From the human T2T-CHM13v2.0 reference genome, Homo sapiens: a stretch of 64,000 bases of DNA. The position numbers were made by a program, and so were the translations under genes. The DNA lies in assembly GCF_009914755.1 (NCBI RefSeq), contig NC_060927.1, one strand, 5' to 3'. The notes beneath the pieces were generated by a model. The model did not search any database. It saw nothing but the letters and a program-made list of their open reading frames with translations, and had not been told where the DNA came from. Shown here one piece after another: positions 27,431-45,927 of the stretch; positions within the stretch are counted from its first letter, which is position 1; each line of letters starts with the position of its first letter.

Positions 27431-29861
27431 AAAACAAAAGAGGGAACTGTAATGATAGTGTTCCATGAACTGAGAAGAATGTCAATTGCAACTCTATGCC
27501 CATGAGACCCAAATAAATAAAGTGTACATTGTATGGGATGGGGGGAAGAAGTATAATAAGGAGAGAGAAACCATTGAGATGAATAATTATGGTCAGCTCT
27601 TGCAGTCAAGATGTTGTCATTGTCGGTTGAATGAAATCTTTAGGGTTACAGGAAGCATTGATAGTGTGTCATTTAGCCCTTTTCATCTGTCACTGCTAAA
27701 GGGCTCAAAGGCACACCAGGTGCCCAGTGGGACCCAGTACAAAGTACTGTTATGGTTACATCTGAATTTGTAACCCAATTTAGTATAAAATTTAGTATGG
27801 CTTTGCGATAAACAGAAAGGGGAAAGAGAAACCCTGGCTTGTCCTGTGAAGGAAAGCACAGCATTTCTCCTTGGCCATCAGTGCCAACCCATTGCTCTAT
27901 CTTTGCCACCAAAGTTGAAAACTGTTTAGCAGTGTCTCTGTTGTGGCTTCCAAATTATCCCTAGAATAGATTAAGAAATTCTAGGAAATATCAAGTCAGG
28001 AAGAGACACAGGTCCTCAGAAACATAATTGGAGATAATTCGCTTCCTAGATCAGCATCCAGACTGTAGACTCCTCTTTGTCTTAATAAACAAACAAGGAA
28101 GTAAATAAAGAAATCAGAAGCAGTTACATTTGCTGCCAGAGAGCACTAAAAAATAATAATAATTTCAAGACGCAAGAAATATTTTATAGAACAAGAGACA
28201 AAACAACAATAGAGGAATTTTGTTGAGGTGTGCAAACTGTTATTTAAATACACATCAGCTGAAGAGTCTATCACAAAGAGTATAGAGAGTACAAGAAGAT
28301 TAAGAAATATATTACAACAAGAACTTCAGAGGTTAAATAATTACTAGCATCAAATTTCATATTTAAAATAAAACTCCAGACATTCATTTAGTTGAAACAT
28401 ACAGTTAAATGGCGGCCAAAAGAAAATCTAATTGCTATGGATAGAACATTTGCAAATGTCATATGAGAAAGTCATTTTTCAGGCAACATATTATACATTT
28501 TTAAATATCAAAAAAATGAGGTCTGGAGTTAAACAAAATTAAATCAAATGAAAACTCAGGGTCAGTGCTTAAAACTATTGTCGAATGTTAAATATCTAGG
28601 AAAGTTTCAAAATTTCTGGGATTCAAAGGGTGGGGAAGATAAATAATTTCTAAATAATCCAGAAGTTTAGGGGATCCTATACTACATATGTGACTTTATG
28701 AAGTATTATTTTTATAACTGGAAACTTCCTTCTTAAACTACTCCCATCCCCAAAACCCCACCAACACCACCTTAGCCTTGTCTCATGTAACTATATCAAA
28801 TATTCAGAAATATTTTATACTCTTTTCTGATATATTTTTAGCCTTTAGACAGCAGTGGGTTCTAACACTTTGCAATCAATCTTCTCTAGCCCCCTTCTAG
28901 CAAAATTTCAATGTGATATAATATGTGATTATTATGCCTTTCCAATTCTCTAGGTAAACTAGAAGTGAAATGAAATCAAAGTGAATTCTGCACTACTGAA
29001 GGGGGAGGGAGGATTTCCTGTGCCTTCAGTTAGCTTAGAATCTAATTGGGAAGAATTGAGGTAAAAGGGCAATATACTACAGAGTTTTAAATAATATGAC
29101 AGCAATAATTACAGTATTATATTGGGAATATACTTGGGAAGAGGGGAAAATAAGGTCAGAGATAGCTGCCAAGAGGAAATGATGTCTCAGCCGAAACCAG
29201 AAAGGCATGCAAGAGGTAGGCAAGGAAAGAACAATAAACACTGAGTCATGATCTCAACTTTCTACATCTAAATGTTTCAATATCCTGGAATGTCTAAGTT
29301 TGACATAAATATAAGTGGAATTTTATAACAGCAGGCCAATAACTTGAAAGTGTTAATGCTGCACATCTACTTAACCAATGCCAGGAGACCTCCACACAGT
29401 TTATTTCATAGCCCCTTAAGTGATGCCATATGGGCCATCACTGATTTTTAGAATCACCCTTCTGGAAATCTCACTTTGCTTTGCTCTAAGAAGCTATAGT
29501 GGGTACCTGTTCCCTGCACCCACAGCCTCTTCCTTCCTCTAGAATCTAGAAAAGATAATGTCAGCAATTATATTATTTTCTCTATCCACCATTTCAGACA
29601 CAGCCTTATTTCATAAAAGAAAGTATACTTGATAAAAATATTCAAAAACTGAGTTGTGGTGGTATTGGTACATTTTCTATCAATTTACTAAAACTACTTA
29701 TTGTACTCTTACAATGAATAAATTTTGACATTATGTAAATTATACCTCAATAAAGTGCACCTAAATGTTGAACTTTTAAATTTATATATTATTTATTTTT
29801 CAAAATCTTAGGGCCCTGCATTTTTTATGCATTTCTATATACATTATTTATTTATAGAGGC

Positions 29862-30085
29862 ATCAGCCACACTTCTGTTTCCTGGTTCCTACCCCAACCT
29901 CTGTGACCTCAGCAAGCAGCATAGCCTCTCTGAAACTCAATTTCCTCACATTTATAAATGAGCTTTTATATTATTTACAAACCTACCTCATAGAGCAGGT
30001 TGCAGGCTACATGAGAAGGTGCAAGTTCAATGCCAAGCAGGGTCCTAGTATTTAATAAAAGCTCAATAAATATTCATTTTCTTCT
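29862..30085 (+). mobile_element. MIR SINE
   Basis: tgtgacctcagcaag...ctctctgaaactcaatttcctca...gctcaataaatatt. Confidence 0.75.
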
Positions 30086-31363
30086 TTCCTTCTCTTACTT
30101 GAAGTATAACATTTGATAATGAATTTTCTCATTGCAACAATAACACCCCTTCCACTGAGGGATTTGTATCCCTGCTTAAGAAGCTATTAGTATTCTACAG
30201 CAGCGACTCACCCCACACAATCTTGGCAGAATACATCCCTCTACCTCTCTGGTCAATAACCTGCCTGGCCTGTGACCCCAGGCTTCCTGAGAAGCACCAA
30301 GTCCTCCCAGCTTTCCCCCTTGCCAGTGGCCTTCTGAAAGTGATACCATTCCGTTTGCGTCTTTCATTTAAGAGACAAAAGCTGGTCCCAGGCCACAGCA
30401 GGCTTTCAAAAGCACCTCCAGGATTCTTAATAGGTCATGAGAGAGAGAATTGCCACCCAGAAAAGATAGAATCAACTAGCCTGCTTCTTTTCTGGTGGCA
30501 CACAGAGTTCATCAGCAACCCCGGACTGTGTAGTTAATGCCTCACCCAGGGAACAAGGGAGAATTAAGATGTCTGGAATGAGAAGCAGCTGAGAATGGGA
30601 AGCTTTGTCCCTGGAGCCAATTGTAGCTTAGACTCAACCTGCTAATGTGTATTTCTCTCTCCATGACTCATTTTGGGTAAATGCTAACAAGGACTAGTCA
30701 CTCTCCTCCTCTCAGCAGCCTCAGGAGGGACTGGGATCATGACTGCAGCCTCAAGCTATGCAAGCAGCTCAAAGCTACCCTCTCTCTGTGTGGATTAAAT
30801 GTAGGCAAAGTTTCTCCCTTCAGGATGAATCTTTGGTTTCTTCTCTTTAACCTTCTAGGTCTGCAACCCCCTTGCCCTCTTGGTCTGGTAACTCTACTCC
30901 TGAGACCTTCTGAAAGCCAGTGTGCTTTCCAGGGAGACTGATGTTTCACATCACTGTTTTCTCTCCCTCTTCCCCGTCACTGACAGTGGTCCAATGCCCG
31001 CAATTCCACTGAAGGACTTTCATTCCTTTAGCCTAAGGATTCCACTCTCAAAACATAACTGTCCTCATTTAATAATATATGTTAATATTCTTAAAACCTT
31101 CAATTTATCACCCCCACTGTAAGAATTTAGTCTGACAAACCAGAAACATGCAAAAAGATTTCTGTACAAAGATGCTTATTGCAGTATTGTTCATAATATC
31201 AAAAAATGAAACCAATATAACTGCCCCAAAATTAAAATATGAAATAAATTATGGTATAACTATAAAGCAATATTAAAAATCGTGTTTGCAGATCATATGC
31301 TGATAGTTAATAAAAAGAGCAGGAAAAACCTACATAGTGAGTCTGATCAAAACAATGAACAGG

Positions 31364-32225
31364 TACAGCTCCCAGCCTGAGCGACGCAGAAGATGGGTGA
31401 TTTCTGCATTTCCATCTGAGGTACTGGGTTCATCTCACTAGGGAGTGCCAGACAGTGGGCGCAGGTCAGTGGGTGCGCGCACCGTGCGCAGGCCAAAGCA
31501 GGGTGAGACATTGCCTCCCTCGGGAAGCGCAAGGGGTCAGGGAGTTCCCTTTCCTAATCAAAGAAAGGGGTGACGGACGGCACCTGGAAAATCGGGTCAC
31601 TCCCACCCGAATACTGCGCTTTTCCGATGGGCTTAAAGGTGCACCACGAGATTATATCCCGCACCTGGCTCGGAGGGTCCTACGCCCACCGAGTCTCGCT
31701 GATTGCTAGCACAGCAGTCTGAGATCAAACTGCAAGGCGGCAGCGAGGCTGGGGGAGGGGCGCCCACCATTGCCCAGGCTTGTTTAGGTAAACAAAGCAG
31801 CAGGGAAGCTCGAACTGGGTGGAGCCCACCACAGCTCAAGGAGGCCTGCCTGCCTCTGTAGGCTCCACCTCTGGGGGAAGGGTACAGACAAACAAAAAGA
31901 CAGCAGTAACCTCTGCAGACTTAAATGTCCCTGTCTGACAGCTTTGAAGAGAGCAGTGGTTCTCCCAGTATGCACCTGGAGATCTGAGAACGGGCAGACT
32001 GCCTCCTCAAGTGGGTCCCTGACCCCTGAACCCCAAGCAGCCTAACTGGGAGGCACCCTCCAGCAGGGGCACACTGACACCTCACACTGCAGGGTACTCC
32101 AACAGACTTGCAGCTGAGGGTCCTGTCTGTTAGAAGGAACACTAACAAACAGAAAGGACATCCACACCATAAACCCATCTGTACATCACCATCATCAAAG
32201 ACCAAAAGTAGATAAAACCACAAAG
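31364..32225. promoter_or_regulatory. L1 5'UTR internal sense and antisense promoter
   Basis: Sequence upstream of the ORF1 ATG matches the L1PA2-type 5'UTR, with many CpGs retained. Activity is inferred from the family, not shown. Confidence 0.75.
31633..31770 (-). pseudogene. L1 ORF0, truncated to 45 aa
   Basis: MVGAPPPASLPPCSLISDCCASNQRDSVGVGPSEPGAGYNLVVHL* matches the ORF0 N-terminus; a short deletion near 31638 causes the early stop. Confidence 0.85.
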
Positions 32226-33242
32226 ATGGGGAAAAAACAGAACAGAAAAACTGGAAACTCTAAAAATCAGAGTGCCTCTCCTCCTCCAAAGGAACGCAGC
32301 TCCTCACCAGCAAGGGAACAAAGCTGGACGGAGAATGACTTTGACGAGCTGAGAGAAGAAGGCTTCAGACGATCAAATTACTCTGAGCTACGGGAGGACA
32401 TTCAAACCAAAGGCAAAGAAGTTGAAAACTTTGAAAAAAAATTAGAAGAATGTATAACTAGAATAACCAATACATAGAAGTGCTTAAAGGAGCTGATGGA
32501 GCTGAAAACCAAGGCTCGAGAACTACGTGAAGAATGCAGAAGCCTCAGGAGCCGATGCGATCAACTGGAAGAAAGGGTATCAGCGATGGAAGATGAAATG
32601 AATGAAATGAAGCGAGAAGGAAAGTTTAGAGAAAAAAGAATAAAAAGAAATGAGCAAAGCCTCCAAGAAATATGGGACTATGTGAAAAGACCAAATCTAC
32701 GTCTGATTGGTGTACCTGAAAGTGATGGGGAGAATGGAACCAAGTTGGAAAACACTCTGCAGGATATTATCCAGGAGAATTTCCCCAATCTAGCAAGGCA
32801 GGCCAACGTTCGGATTCAGGAAATACAGAGAACTCCACAAAGATACTCCTCGAGAAGAGCAACTCCAAGACACATAATTGTCAGATTCACCAAAGTTGAA
32901 ATGAAGGAAAAAATGTTAAGGGCAGCCAGAGAGAAAGGTCGGGTTACCCTCAAAAGGAAGCCCATCAGACTAACAGCGGATCTCTCGGCAGAAACCCTAC
33001 AAGCCAGAAGAGAGTGGGGGCCAATATTCAACATTCTTAAAGAAAAGAATTTTCAACCAAGAATCTCATATCCAGCCAAACTAAGCTTCATAAGTGAAGG
33101 AGAAATAAAATACTTTACAGACAAGCAAATGCTGAGAGATTTTGTCACCACCAGGCCTGCCCTAAAAGAGCTCCTGAAGGAAGTGCTAAACATGGAAAGG
33201 AACAACCGGTACCAGCCGCTGCAAAATCATGCCAAAATGTAA
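32226..33242 (+). pseudogene. L1 ORF1p with premature TAG at 32475-32477
   Basis: MGKKQNRKTGNSK... (83 aa), stop, then in-frame MELKTK...QNHAKM (248 aa). Confidence 0.95.
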
Positions 33243-33290
33243 AGACCATCGAGACTAGGAAGAAACTACATCAACTAACGAGCAAAATAA

Positions 33291-37462
<4,172 letters not shown>

Positions 37463-38628
37463 ACAATGAGATCACATGGACACAGGAAGGGGAACATCAC
37501 ACTCTGGGGACTGTTGTGGGGTAGGGGGAAGGGGGAGGGATAGCACTGGGAGATATACCTAATGCTAGATGACGAGTTAGTGGGTGCAGCACACCAGCAT
37601 GGCACATGTATACGTATGTAACTAACCTGCACATTGTGCACATGTACCCTAAAACTTAAAGTATAATAAAAAAAAAGTTCAAACAAATAAACAGAAATTA
37701 AGTTAATAAGGAATATTAAAATGTAGAAAAGAGATTATAAAGAATGAGCCAGTTTAAAAGTACTTTCATTTCCTCTTCTATTCACATGATTAAAAAATTA
37801 ATAACATTTATTTTAAAGACTCCTCATTAATAGAATTTCCTCTCACATAGTACTTTCACTATGTCAAACAAATGAGTAAAAGAATAACAAGATATGATAT
37901 TGATGATTTTTATCTATTTAGAGGTTGAGAAATGACCTATATTACTTGTACTAGAACTGTGTGACATCAGAAAGCCTAACTTAGGAATGTCATTACTGAA
38001 AATATATTTTGACTAAAGTTTGTAATTTATTAAGTCTCTCAATTAGATTTCTAGTTTGAAACTATATGAAGTCTTAAAAAGATATTTGTTTCTAGTTATA
38101 GTCTATATTTTTATAAAGACCTATTTCAAGATAATAAGACAAATAAACTTTGGTAAAGGATGCTAGAAGGTCTGAGATCCAATGATTCCATGTTTGGTAA
38201 TATTTTTAGGCCAAAAAATCATGTACCTATACTTTTTGTTAAAGTATATGATGCTATTTAAGTAGTAACTTAGGTTCAAAAACAGATTCTATTCCAGCAA
38301 ATGTTCTTAGTTTTGTGGTTTTAATTCAAACTAGTACAATGTGGAAATTTATGTAATCTATTTTAAGTTCAGCAAGTAAATAAAAACAACTATTTGTCCC
38401 CTTGCTTTCTAAAAAAAAAAAAAACAAAACAAAACAAAAAAAAAAACAATGAACACACACCTACACACCCCACACAATATTACACATAGAGAAAATTCTG
38501 GTTGAAAAGTGTTTTGAAATATGGACAGTGTTTTTCTTCAGATGGTGGGACTATGAGTGACTTTTTACATTTTTTTCTATTGTTCTACTTATTTCTTCCT
38601 TACTGTGCATATGTTACTTTCCTAGTTA

Positions 38629-39278
<650 letters not shown>

Positions 39279-39629
39279 CTAGAAAAGGTAACATTTCATT
39301 ATCTCATTCTTACAATGGGCCTCTGGGAGTATCATCTATCATTTACATTCAAGGTGCATCAGTTTCAAATCTGCTAGAGGAACAATTATTGATGGAGAGA
39401 GAAGACTTAGAGCATTGAGTATTGATTATTGAAAGAGAAGGAGGAGGTATGATGTGGGTGGTCTGGGGGGTGAGGCTGGAGACAAATTTGTAAAACCCAC
39501 TACCCTCCACTCATATTGCCCCTTCTCAGAAACCTGCAAACCCCAACAGAGTGATGAGCAGACTGCATACAGGGAAGGCAGTGTCATGCAATGTAGTATA
39601 GTGAGAAGAACAGTGAATGAGTAGTTACC

Positions 39630-40230
39630 ATCCCTTTTAGTCTAGTGAGAGAGATAGACATTAAACAAACATACAAATAAATCATATTTACAAGTTGTGA
39701 TAAATGTTACAACAGGGTTTCTCAGCCTCAGCACAATTGACATTATGGGTCAGGTAATCCTTTGATGTGAGGGGCCAGTCTGTGCATTGTAGGGTGTTTA
39801 GCAGCATCTCTCTACCTGCTACATGCCAGTAGTACCCGCCCTCTGTCAAGTTGTGACCACTAGAAATATCTTCAGACATTGCCATATGTCCTTTGGGGTC
39901 AAAATTCCCCCTCTCCACTTCATGTTGAGAACCACTGCTGTGAAGGAGAAAAGAAGAGGAGTCTCTGAGACTGCTGAATAAAAGGGCCAAATTTAGGCTT
40001 CAAGTTCAGGGAAAATCTGTTCGAGGAGTAAGTCCTGAAGTTGAGACACAAAACATGCTTAGGATATCGTTTAGCAAATAGGAGGAAGAGTGTTCTGGCA
40101 GGAATCAGAGCCCATGCAAATTCCCTGAGCCTGGAGTTCTAGAGGAATTAGAAGTCCAGTGCAGCTGGAGTATGATGTGAGAGATGAGACTGGAAGGGGG
40201 AGGCTGTTCATGTGGTCTGTAAAATAGGAC
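39630..40230 (-). mobile_element. L2 fragment interrupted by MER20
   Basis: tctagtgagagagatagacattaaacaa and gaagtccagtgcagctggagt are antisense L2 phrases. Confidence 0.6.
39713..39937. mobile_element. MER20 hAT MITE
   Basis: Terminal inverted repeats cagggtttctca...tgagaaccactg; gtgcattgtagggtgtttagcagcatc. Confidence 0.88.
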
Positions 40231-40359
40231 AGGTTGAGATATCTGGGTTCCCCTGTGGATCCACCCACTTGCTGTATGCAAACATTCTTTTTCTCATCTT
40301 CATTTTGTCTCTGTGTTTCACTATCTCCACAAGAAATTACAGAAATTGAAAGGGACAGT

Positions 40360-40824
40360 GTGAAGTGACAAAGACTGCAAGCTCTGCCTCAAAATCCAAG
40401 TTTTCCTCTTCTTCTTGAGCAAACAGCCAAATACAGTGGACCAGCCTCCTCTGCAGTAGGTGTGGCCAAATGGCTGAGTTCTGGCCAAAGGAATGGGAGT
40501 GGAAGTGATGTGCACAAATCCACGCCCAGCCTGTGAGATACTGCCAAGCATGATCTTCCTTTCCCTGGTCTTTTCTCTGGTTAGATGCCAGTGATCAGGG
40601 GAAATGATGGGAAGAACATACTGAAGATGGCAGCTCCTCGATCAGCCTGGTCCTTCAGTGACTGCACATACTGCATGGAGCAGACACCCATTCATGCACT
40701 CACCACCCCATCAGGAATAGCCACATTGGATGGTTACATAAGATAGAAATAAACTTCTATTTGTATTAAACCCTAAAATGTGGAGGTTTATTTATTAGTG
40801 GAGCTTGTATTATCCTAACAAATA
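40360..40824 (+). mobile_element. MLT1J-like MaLR LTR
   Basis: gagttctggccaaaggaatgggagtggaagtgatg...gaaataaacttctatt. Confidence 0.7.
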
Positions 40825-41759
40825 AAAGCAAGATCTCAGGAAACAGCTCTCTCTGGATGGAGGACATGTTTCCCTTAGCCAGCTGCTTAATGCCAAAAAG
40901 CAAAACATCTTTCAGCCATATTGAGGAGCTGTGGAACAAACTCCTGGACAGCTCAAACCATAAAAAGGGTAGTTTTAGCTTTAAGTTTTTAATGTGTAGA
41001 ATATAATGAAAATGAACAGAAAAGTTCTTTCTTCTTTTCAAAATAGCATGCGGAGAATTTATATTGCAAACATTTTAACATTGTCACTAGTCAAAAGAGA
41101 AAATCCCCTGACAATACAAAGTTCTAAAACCAAACATGGCATAGCTAATAAATTCTGAAACTTTCTGAAAAACTACAACTACTATTATCAATTTGAAAAT
41201 TAATTGATATTCCTTCTCTAAAGGTCTTTTATATCTTGCATATCCTTCTTTTTTCTACCACTTTTCCATCTAAGTTTATGAATCCAAATGTCAGTGGCTA
41301 GAAATGATTTCCACTTTTCAGCAATCACACACTTAGCAATCAACCAAGCAAGATGAACAATCCGCTGTATATTTATTCAAATGTACAACTCTAAATCTAC
41401 ATAAAATATAAGGAGTGGAATGTAAAGAGGTTGTCCCAGGGAGAAATTATAGAAGCATAAGCCAGAACAGATATGCTTTCAGCTTCAAGTATAAGAAAAT
41501 CTGACTTTCCATGGGCTTAAGATATGGAGCGGGATATTTTTATCACTAAATAATAAATCTGATATTAAGTTATAATAATGTATTTAAGATTACAAAATAG
41601 TATATATGTATATGTGTGTATATATGTATACACAGATGCATGTAGTTATATGTATAATACTGAAACAGAAGTTCAATGAAACAAAATATACCAGATGCAA
41701 TGTATTCTGATATTTCCTATTCTGTTTTATTTAGTTTCATTTTTAAAAGCTATCAGTGA

Positions 41760-42515
41760 CAACCAAACCAATTGAAAAATGGGCAAAATATCTGAACAGA
41801 CACTTCACAACAGAAGATATACAAATGGTCAATTAACACATTAAAATATATTTATCAGAGAAATGCAAATAAAATGAGATACCACTAATCCATACTAGAG
41901 TGGCTAAAATTTAAAACTGACAATTCTAAGTTTTGGAGACAATGTGGAGCAATTGGAACTCATGTACATTGCAGATGAGAAAGTAAAATTTTGGAAAACA
42001 GTTTGGCAGCTTTTTATTAAATTAAATTTACACTAACCATAAGACCCAGCCATTCATAGAATTTATCCAAGAAATATAAACATATGTTCTCATAAAGTCT
42101 TGCACATAAATGTTCATTGCAATGTTACTCATAATCCCCCCCAAAGATGGAAACGACCATCGCCTACCCTTAACAGGTGTCTAGATAAACAAATTGTGTG
42201 TACTCTAACAAAAATATACTACTCAGCAACAGAAAGGAACTATTGATTCACACACATGGATGAACCTCACAGACATTATAATGAGTGAAAGAAGATGCAA
42301 ATAGTATATACTGTATGATCCCATTTATATAATTTTACATGTAAGAGAAACTATTCTTAATGACCTAAATAGATATCCATAGTGCCTGGGATCTGGAGGA
42401 GAGGACTGCCTATAAAGGGGCTCAAGGGAACTTTTTACAGTGATGGAAATATTCTCTTAGTTACATGGGTCTCCACATTTGTCAAAACTCATGAACTGTA
42501 CACATTAGAATGGGT
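41760..42515 (+). mobile_element. L1ME/L1MC 3' end, apparently inside a hAT-Charlie-like fossil (~41540-42570)
   Basis: aaaaatgggcaaaatatctgaacagacacttcacaa...gtcaaaactcatgaactgtacac; flanks resemble a Charlie-type MITE. Confidence 0.65.
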
Positions 42516-44225
42516 CAAGTAGTTTTGGGTCCACCAATAGGTAATGATTTACCATTTGAAAAAGCACAAATTTGTTACTCAACTATCACAGGGCTTTCTA
42601 GAATCCAAATTGTTGGTATAATAATCCCATAGGCTATCATGTTACTCATGATTAGATTAAATATGGCATGACAATTAATTATGAGACCTGGTACCCAACA
42701 CTTCCAATTAGCACAGGCTTTCAAAAATCTTTCATCCTTCCTAATCTTATGACTAATAAAGTACTTTAGTAAAAATCGCTGTACTGTTTAGAGAGAACTT
42801 TCTCTTTCATTTTATGTGACCTAAGCAATAGCCAAGCAAGGCATTTATTTTTATTCCTCTTTTACAGTTGAGTAATTAAAGTTTAGAGTCATAGAACTAG
42901 TAAATACAGAGGTGGACTAAAATGCATTTGTATCTGAGTCTGTTTCCCGTTACATCACAGATAACTTTCAGAGCACAGAATCATGGGATATTGACTTTTG
43001 GTTTTAATTTCTTTGTTATTAGGACATCCAAGAAGCAGAAGACATATTAGGTACATCTTATTTGCTTTCAAAAAATAGAGTTTAGTTCTATGGCTATCAT
43101 TCCAACCCACAGATCTATACTTTATGGGTTCTATAAGATCAAATGGAAGTCACCTAACAACGCAGCTTTAAAAAAAGATGTCCTTTACCTAAGCATTTCC
43201 ATTTTTCTTCCTCCAAAGAGTTGAATCCTCTTTCCTCAATAGATTTGGCTAGTTAATCAAAAAGAAGAAACCATCTGAAGAGGGAAATCTATGACCTCTT
43301 CGTCAAGGAAAGTCAGATTATTCAATGCCAAGAAAGGCTATTTTTACTTTCATCTGATAGTCTGTGGGATTTTTTTAAAGGTCAACACCATGGAAGTAAA
43401 AGAAGCAACATTTAAGAGGAGCTCCCATAAATCTCCCTCCTCTTAACAGCCTCAAGGTTGACCCTGTGTTATTGGTGGCCAGTTGGCTTGGGTAGTTGGA
43501 ACTTTGTTATATAACAAGGACAAGGGAGTAGCTCTATCCCTGGGGATGTCACTAAAGTAGCTTCAACATGTTTTAGAGCCACTCAACCCACCATTGACAC
43601 CAGCAGCCACAATGTGAGCCCCCAAAATGTAGGTGGATCTCCCTTAATTCACACTGGTTCTGGAAGAACAAGTCAGCAGCATCCTTTGGGCAGAGAAACA
43701 AAGGTAGAGTATTTGTAGTTCACTTTAACCTTAGAGCATAACCATGAGGGCCATGTTTTAGGTAAGAAGGACAGGACATATTTAGTCAACATAATGGAAT
43801 CACTCTAAGCTGTAGCAAAGGAAATCCTGAAAAACCCATTCATTAACTCTGTGACTCCAGGAGAACCAGTTTATTTCTCTGAGCATCAGTTTCTTCATCT
43901 AGAAAGATGAGAACAGTCATTCCCTACTTCAGGAGATTGTTGTGAAGTTTAAATGGGACAAATGTGGAAGAGCTGCATGAATTGTGAAAAGCTCCATAAG
44001 GATTCATGGCCTTTCTGTTCTTTATCAGGATCTGCTTTTTGTGAGAGAAAATTAGTTTTTGCTCAGTATCTTTGTTGATTAATTCAACAAAGGTTTGTTG
44101 AGTGCCTACTATGTGCCAGACAAGGGGCTGTGTGTAAGAAGTGCAGAGGAAACATAATAAGATCCTGACCCTCATGTAGGGCTGGGAAGTATAACTGGAA
44201 AGGGAGGCTAAGAGTGGCAGATGCT

Positions 44226-44622
44226 GTGATGTGGCACTCTGGTCTCCCTCTGGTGTGAAAGGTCTCATTCCCCCACATGCTGGAAGTGCTATTAGCCTCT
44301 TAGAGGGAATGCCTGGGCTGAAGAGAGTCACCTTGCCCAAGGCCACACCCCCTTTCTGGATATGAGGAATTCATATCCAATAACTGATTGACATGGGCAT
44401 AAAAAGGCCCAGTCCTTTGCCCTCAACTGGGACAAATGTGAACTGTCATTTCTCTGCAGAATTCCTCATAGGTCTGGCTGACATTGGGACTGTATCTCAG
44501 CTCAGCTTTCCCCTCTGCCCAATACTGCTCCCTTCTCTTCCTTTCCCTTCCACAAATGTTGGCCCTGGAGAACTCCTTAATAAACTTCCTACACACTGGT
44601 ATCTATCTCAGAGCCTACTTCT
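44226..44622 (+). mobile_element. LTR16-like ERVL LTR
   Basis: tcaccttgcccaaggccacaccc, cccctctgcccaatactgct, ttaataaacttcctacac...tctcagagcctacttc. Confidence 0.7.
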
Positions 44623-45011
44623 ATGACACTTAATTTTATGTGTCAATTTGGCTAGGTTATGGTACCCAGTTTTGGGTCAAGCACCAGTCTAAATGTTGCT
44701 GTGAAGGTATTTTTAAAATGTGATTAACATTTAAATTGGTAGAATTTGAATAAAGCAGATTATCCTCCATAATATGAGGGGTTCATCCAACCAGTTGAAG
44801 GCTTTACAAAAAAAGACTGAGGTTTCCCAAGGAAGAAAGAATTCTACCTCTAGATTGCCTTCAGCTTCAAGACTGAAAAATCAAAACTTCCCTGGGTCTC
44901 CAGCCTGTTGGCCTGCCCTGTAGATTTTGGACTTGCAAGCCCCGGCACCCATAATCACATAAGCCCATTCCTTGGGGAAAAAAATCTACCACCGCCCCCC
45001 AACCCCTGCTC

Positions 45012-45100
<89 letters not shown>

Positions 45101-45136
45101 TATTTGTTGTTTAACTGGAGAATCTTGACTAATGCA
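44623..45136 (+). mobile_element. MLT2C/D ERVL LTR containing a compound microsatellite
   Basis: ttaattttatgtgtcaatttggctagg...ggagaatcttgactaatgca; candidate TSD acttc / acttt. Confidence 0.8.
45012..45098. repeat. (TCTG)n(TC)n(TG)n compound microsatellite
   Basis: Read directly. Confidence 0.95.
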
Positions 45137-45442
45137 ACTTTAATGCAACTTCCAAACAACTCAACGGTGACATCTGACATTTATGATACAGTGATAAATG
45201 ATCTGAGTTAGCACCAGGGCTGGTGTCAGAGGTATGCCACCTGTGCAGTCAAAAAGGGCCCCACACTCAGAAGGACCCTGGTTATATGCTCTGCAGTTAT
45301 TGTCTTGAAAATCTTAGTAATTTTATCTTCAAACTTGCATTTTATAAAAGAGCATGTGTTTGATCAGAGGAGATACATGTGACATGCATGTTCACTGTTT
45401 CTTGCCAAACAATTTGCAGTTAGCATTTGCAATGCCCTGTAA

Positions 45443-45606
45443 CCAAATAATTCCAGTGGACCCACAGTGCACGAGAGCTCAATGAGGCTCAAAGTGACCA
45501 AATAGTTCCACTAGACCCACAGTGCATGAGAGCTCAATGAGGCTCAAAGTGACCAAATAATTCCATTGGACCACAGTGCGTGAGAGCTCAATGAGACTCA
45601 AAGTGA
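45443..45606 (+). repeat. 55-bp minisatellite, three copies
   Basis: Units start at 45443, 45498 and 45553 (ccaaataattccagtggacccacagtgcacgagagctcaatgaggctcaaagtga). Confidence 0.95.
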
Positions 45607-45927
45607 GTACAAGAAAAGAGAGTTACTTCTACATGTGCTTTAGAGGGGAGAGGGACAGCTGACAGCCCAAGAGGCCACACTTAAGGCTCAAACCAGAACT
45701 TGTTTCAAACACAGAAGGAATGCAATGATATTCTAGCAAACATGTATGACCAAGAAACACTATTATATTCTTTTTTAAAAGTTTGTATCACTTCCCCATA
45801 TTAGCCAACCACTTATGCTAAAAATGATGACACAGAAAGAAAGGAAAATAGAGGGCAACTCATAGTTCCTTTTTGTTTCATTCCTTCCTTATTCATCAGT
45901 AAGCTGAAGGTAGAAAGTACTGGTGGA

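Noticed and set aside
31345-31363. Possible TSD of the full-length L1 (tcaaaacaatgaacag vs tcaaacaaataaacag at ~37679-37694)
   Set aside because: Three mismatches in 16 bp of A-rich sequence is too many to call confidently for so young an element; left unresolved.
43924-44346. 140-aa minus-strand ORF
   Set aside because: Spans MIR, L2 and LTR16 fragments; no domain similarity seen.
45443-45606. Three regularly spaced repeats, superficially CRISPR-like
   Set aside because: Units are contiguous with no unique spacers, there are no cas genes, and the context is eukaryotic; it is a minisatellite.
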